Source: Cyanophyceae cyanobacterium (GTDB taxonomy: Bacteria > Cyanobacteriota > Cyanobacteriia > Cyanobacteriales > Laspinemataceae). From it: a stretch of 64,000 nt of DNA. This document shows, in pieces, positions 61,347 through 64,000 of the stretch. The notes below the pieces were generated by a model. The model did not search any database. It saw nothing but the letters and a program-made list of their open reading frames with translations, and was not told the origin of the DNA. A program made the translations under genes and the position numbers. The stretch lies in contig JBBQFN010000028.1 in assembly GCA_038321985.1 (NCBI GenBank), positions 1 through 64,000 on the forward strand, written 5' to 3'. Position 1 is the stretch's first letter. Each line of letters begins with the position of its first letter.

Positions 61347-62147
61347 TTACAATTTGGATTGTATAAGTTGCTGATAATCTAAACTGGTCTTCGATTTCAT
61401 ATTAATTTGAACATATTTATAAATAAAATCGGATAACCGACTATTTAATAACCTATTTAACACCATAAAAAATGTTGGATTAACCGTTTTATCGGTCAGA
61501 ATATGCAAGTTCTTGTATACATATAACTTAAGAGATAACTTATCGCCCAAATAATTAAGAGTTTTTTTCTGGTAAAAAGAAATATGCTGGCCTGTAGACA
61601 AAGAATAATACCACCAAGAATCAGGCTGTGGGGGATTGCCTTCAAATAATTGTGTTGAAAATATAAGGCTTGAGGTAGCAGATTGTGTTAGGGAATCTCT
61701 AATAAATTTAACTGGGTCATACACGTGTTCTAATACTTCAAAAGCAGTGATGGCCACCAAATGTTTTTGAGGTAAATATGCCGCTTCAAATCCTTTGGCA
61801 AAAATATTTTCACAATATAGGTCAGACCAGTAAAAATCAAAGCCTATATCTCTCATCAGTCGGGTAAACATTCCATATCCACCTGCTATGTCATGATATT
61901 TACCATTTTTAGTGAATAAAAAATATAGAATACAAGCTATCTTTTTAGATGTATCTATATTTCTTGAAACTAACCCTACATCACTATCAGCGATCGCACT
62001 GCTGTATGCTTCTTCCAACCAGTAGGGTTCTTCTGTTTGAAGTAAGCCACACTTACTACAGAGGAAATAATTAACCTTGTATTTCTGTAAAATTTTCGCC
62101 TGGAAGTATGTATGACGTTGATTAGAGCAAATAGGACAATTTGTCAT
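61347..62147 (-). CDS. Class I SAM-dependent methyltransferase with N-terminal Zn-ribbon
   Basis: CPIC..CSKC, DIAGGYG, AFEVLEH, GQHISFY. Confidence 0.85.
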   Translation of the reverse strand: MTNCPICSNQRHTYFQAKILQKYKVNYFLCSKCGLLQTEEPYWLEEAYSSAIADSDVGLVSRNIDTSKKIACILYFLFTKNGKYHDIAGGYGMFTRLMRDIGFDFYWSDLYCENIFAKGFEAAYLPQKHLVAITAFEVLEHVYDPVKFIRDSLTQSATSSLIFSTQLFEGNPPQPDSWWYYSLSTGQHISFYQKKTLNYLGDKLSLKLYVYKNLHILTDKTVNPTFFMVLNRLLNSRLSDFIYKYVQINMKSKTSLDYQQLIQSKL

Positions 62148-63085
62148 AATACTATTAATATTTTGTTTAAGATTTTGGCTATTTTTCTCAGAAAACCTAG
62201 TATAATTCCTGACTGGCGTCTGAACACAGTTTGCTGAGTATAACCATCCGCAGCAATATCTTGAATCAATATAGGTGGATGATTTAAAGGAAATTCAATT
62301 GCTTGCACGGGTATATTCGCATATTTACTTTTTTTTTCTGTATTAGTAGCACCTTTACCAAACCCAATATTGGAAACTAAATTTACATTAGGAACAATAC
62401 TTAAGCCATTTTGAATCCAAGCAGCTAAAATCCATTGATAATCCCAGGTATCTATTGAGCTTTCGTAAATATTATTAAAAATTGTTGTCCAGTATTCAAC
62501 AGCATGACTATCTTTTAGAATACTCTTCAGTAATTGACCCTCTTTAAACTTGGGCCACTCCTTTATTGACACATCATAGTGTTGCCATGCTCGCTTCCAA
62601 GTTGCCCATCCCCAAATATGGATATAACGAGAGAAGTAATAGCTATAGTCTGTACGCTGGGACCCGAATTGGAAGTTGTCTCCAGAAATAGCCATAATCC
62701 GGTCGTCATGGCGATAATACTCAAGCAATTCTGCACAATAACGAAAAAAACTGACATCCGCTAGGCAATCATCTTCTAAAATAATCCCTTCTAATTCTTG
62801 GTCAAAAAACCAATCTATAGCAGAACTTACCGCAACTCGACACCCAAGATTTTTCTCCCGAAATAAAGTTTTTACTTCACATTTCCAGTCAATACGTTCC
62901 ATTACATAATCCCGCACTGCCTGAACTTTCTCGGCTTCCCCAGGGCTATCTGTGCGTGCTCCATCAGACGCCACATATAAACGGGGTGGCTGTACTTGAC
63001 GAATCTCCTCAAACACTTGCTTGGTAGTGTTTAGGCGGTTAAATATGAGGAATAGGACTGGGGTGTGTAGTTTAGAGTTGGTCAT
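62144..63085 (-). CDS. GT-A-fold nucleotide-diphospho-sugar transferase
   Basis: PVLFLIFNR, DGAR, IILEDDC, WGWATW, WDYQW, NLVSNIGFG. Confidence 0.85.
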   Translation of the reverse strand: MTNSKLHTPVLFLIFNRLNTTKQVFEEIRQVQPPRLYVASDGARTDSPGEAEKVQAVRDYVMERIDWKCEVKTLFREKNLGCRVAVSSAIDWFFDQELEGIILEDDCLADVSFFRYCAELLEYYRHDDRIMAISGDNFQFGSQRTDYSYYFSRYIHIWGWATWKRAWQHYDVSIKEWPKFKEGQLLKSILKDSHAVEYWTTIFNNIYESSIDTWDYQWILAAWIQNGLSIVPNVNLVSNIGFGKGATNTEKKSKYANIPVQAIEFPLNHPPILIQDIAADGYTQQTVFRRQSGIILGFLRKIAKILNKILIVL

Positions 63086-63167
63086 GCAACGATAAAAACG
63101 TAAGTGTTAGCCATTTAGAGTATTTATCCTTGAGGTTCCTTGGCATAGAGTCAATAATATGTAGAAA

Positions 63168-63986
63168 TTAAGTTCGTTTCACCGCTAGAATATTTTGGTA
63201 AGCATATATTTCACAGTATAAAGGTGAATAATTTTTGATTTTGAGAAGCCTCCCACCAGGTAAAAGCCTATAGAAGTCGAAACCCTGTAGTAGCTCCCAA
63301 AAGTCTTTAAAGAGGCTTCTACTAATGATATTCATACTGTTAAACTCAAACTGAATAACTGTTATTTGTCCATTTTGCAGGAGTTCCTGGGCGCCCATTA
63401 GACATTTAAGCTCATTTCCCTCCGTGTCTATTTTAAGCAAATCAATTCTCTTTATATTGTGTTCTGCACAAAAACGGTCAAGTTGGATTAAATCAACCGT
63501 ATAAGAGACTGATTTTTCGTGATGTATTTCCTCAATAACTTCCTGATAGACTGAAGCGTGGGAACTCCCATCCTGATTTTCATAATCATATAGCTGAATT
63601 TGCCCCGGCCGATCTCCCACAGCATTATTGAAGCATTGAAGGCGTTCATCATCCAAAGACTTCAGCTTCACAAAGTTTTTCGGGTGAGGCTCAAAAGCAT
63701 AAATTGTTGAACTTGGAAATAACTTTAAAATGTCATTTGAGTAGTCTCCTACATGTGCCCCAACGTCAAACACCACGGGAGATTTAAAATTTGATAAATA
63801 TTTTTTTAACCAATTTACTTCACCACTTAAATATTTTGTTTCATAGTTGAGTACACCTAGTCCCCTCAGAGATAATTGAAACAAGAACTTGTTGAGATTA
63901 ATAAACCACGGAGCCGAAAACAGGAAGGCATATACAGTATATAGAATCTTAACTAGTATTGAAAAAATTTGTGATGCCTTATTCAT
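63168..63986 (-). CDS. FkbM-family methyltransferase
   Basis: FDVGAHVG, AFEP, LLKIDTEGNE, IQFEF. Confidence 0.9.
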   Translation of the reverse strand: MNKASQIFSILVKILYTVYAFLFSAPWFINLNKFLFQLSLRGLGVLNYETKYLSGEVNWLKKYLSNFKSPVVFDVGAHVGDYSNDILKLFPSSTIYAFEPHPKNFVKLKSLDDERLQCFNNAVGDRPGQIQLYDYENQDGSSHASVYQEVIEEIHHEKSVSYTVDLIQLDRFCAEHNIKRIDLLKIDTEGNELKCLMGAQELLQNGQITVIQFEFNSMNIISRSLFKDFWELLQGFDFYRLLPGGRLLKIKNYSPLYCEIYAYQNILAVKRT

Positions 63987-64000
63987 GTATTTTAGTAGTT

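Overview
Chromosomal window from a cyanobacterium: the HIP1 octamer GCGATCGC is frequent, petG and cytM are present, and the repeat style suggests a filamentous Oscillatoriales-like strain (inference). It opens with the right end of an ISL3-family IS that interrupts a DUF262/HNH (GmrSD-like) gene. About 2-40 kb is mostly core genes: VIT-vWA protein, ffh-rpsP-khpA-phoH, ABC exporter, cytM/petG, rsmD, P450, msrP, TrmH methylase, two tRNA-Leu genes, murA, nnr, mnmA, sat, a pseudo-orthocaspase, hppD, an NYN-LOTUS protein, ubiD and a GAF protein. 40-64 kb is a Wzy-type polysaccharide locus (wzc, wza, dehydratase, WecA-like transferase, sulfotransferase, glycosyltransferases, methyltransferases); its distal ~14 kb is AT-rich and nearly HIP1-free. 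Best lead: a small basic ORF (21309-21542) with an ArfA-like KGKGGS motif and an intrinsic terminator before its stop codon, a candidate non-stop-mRNA/tmRNA-regulated ribosome rescue factor. Other leads are a 6S-like rod-shaped RNA (~22816-22985) and a tailspike-like beta-helix gene with a small twin-Arg partner inside the glycan island. All family calls come from motif recognition by eye; no searches were run.
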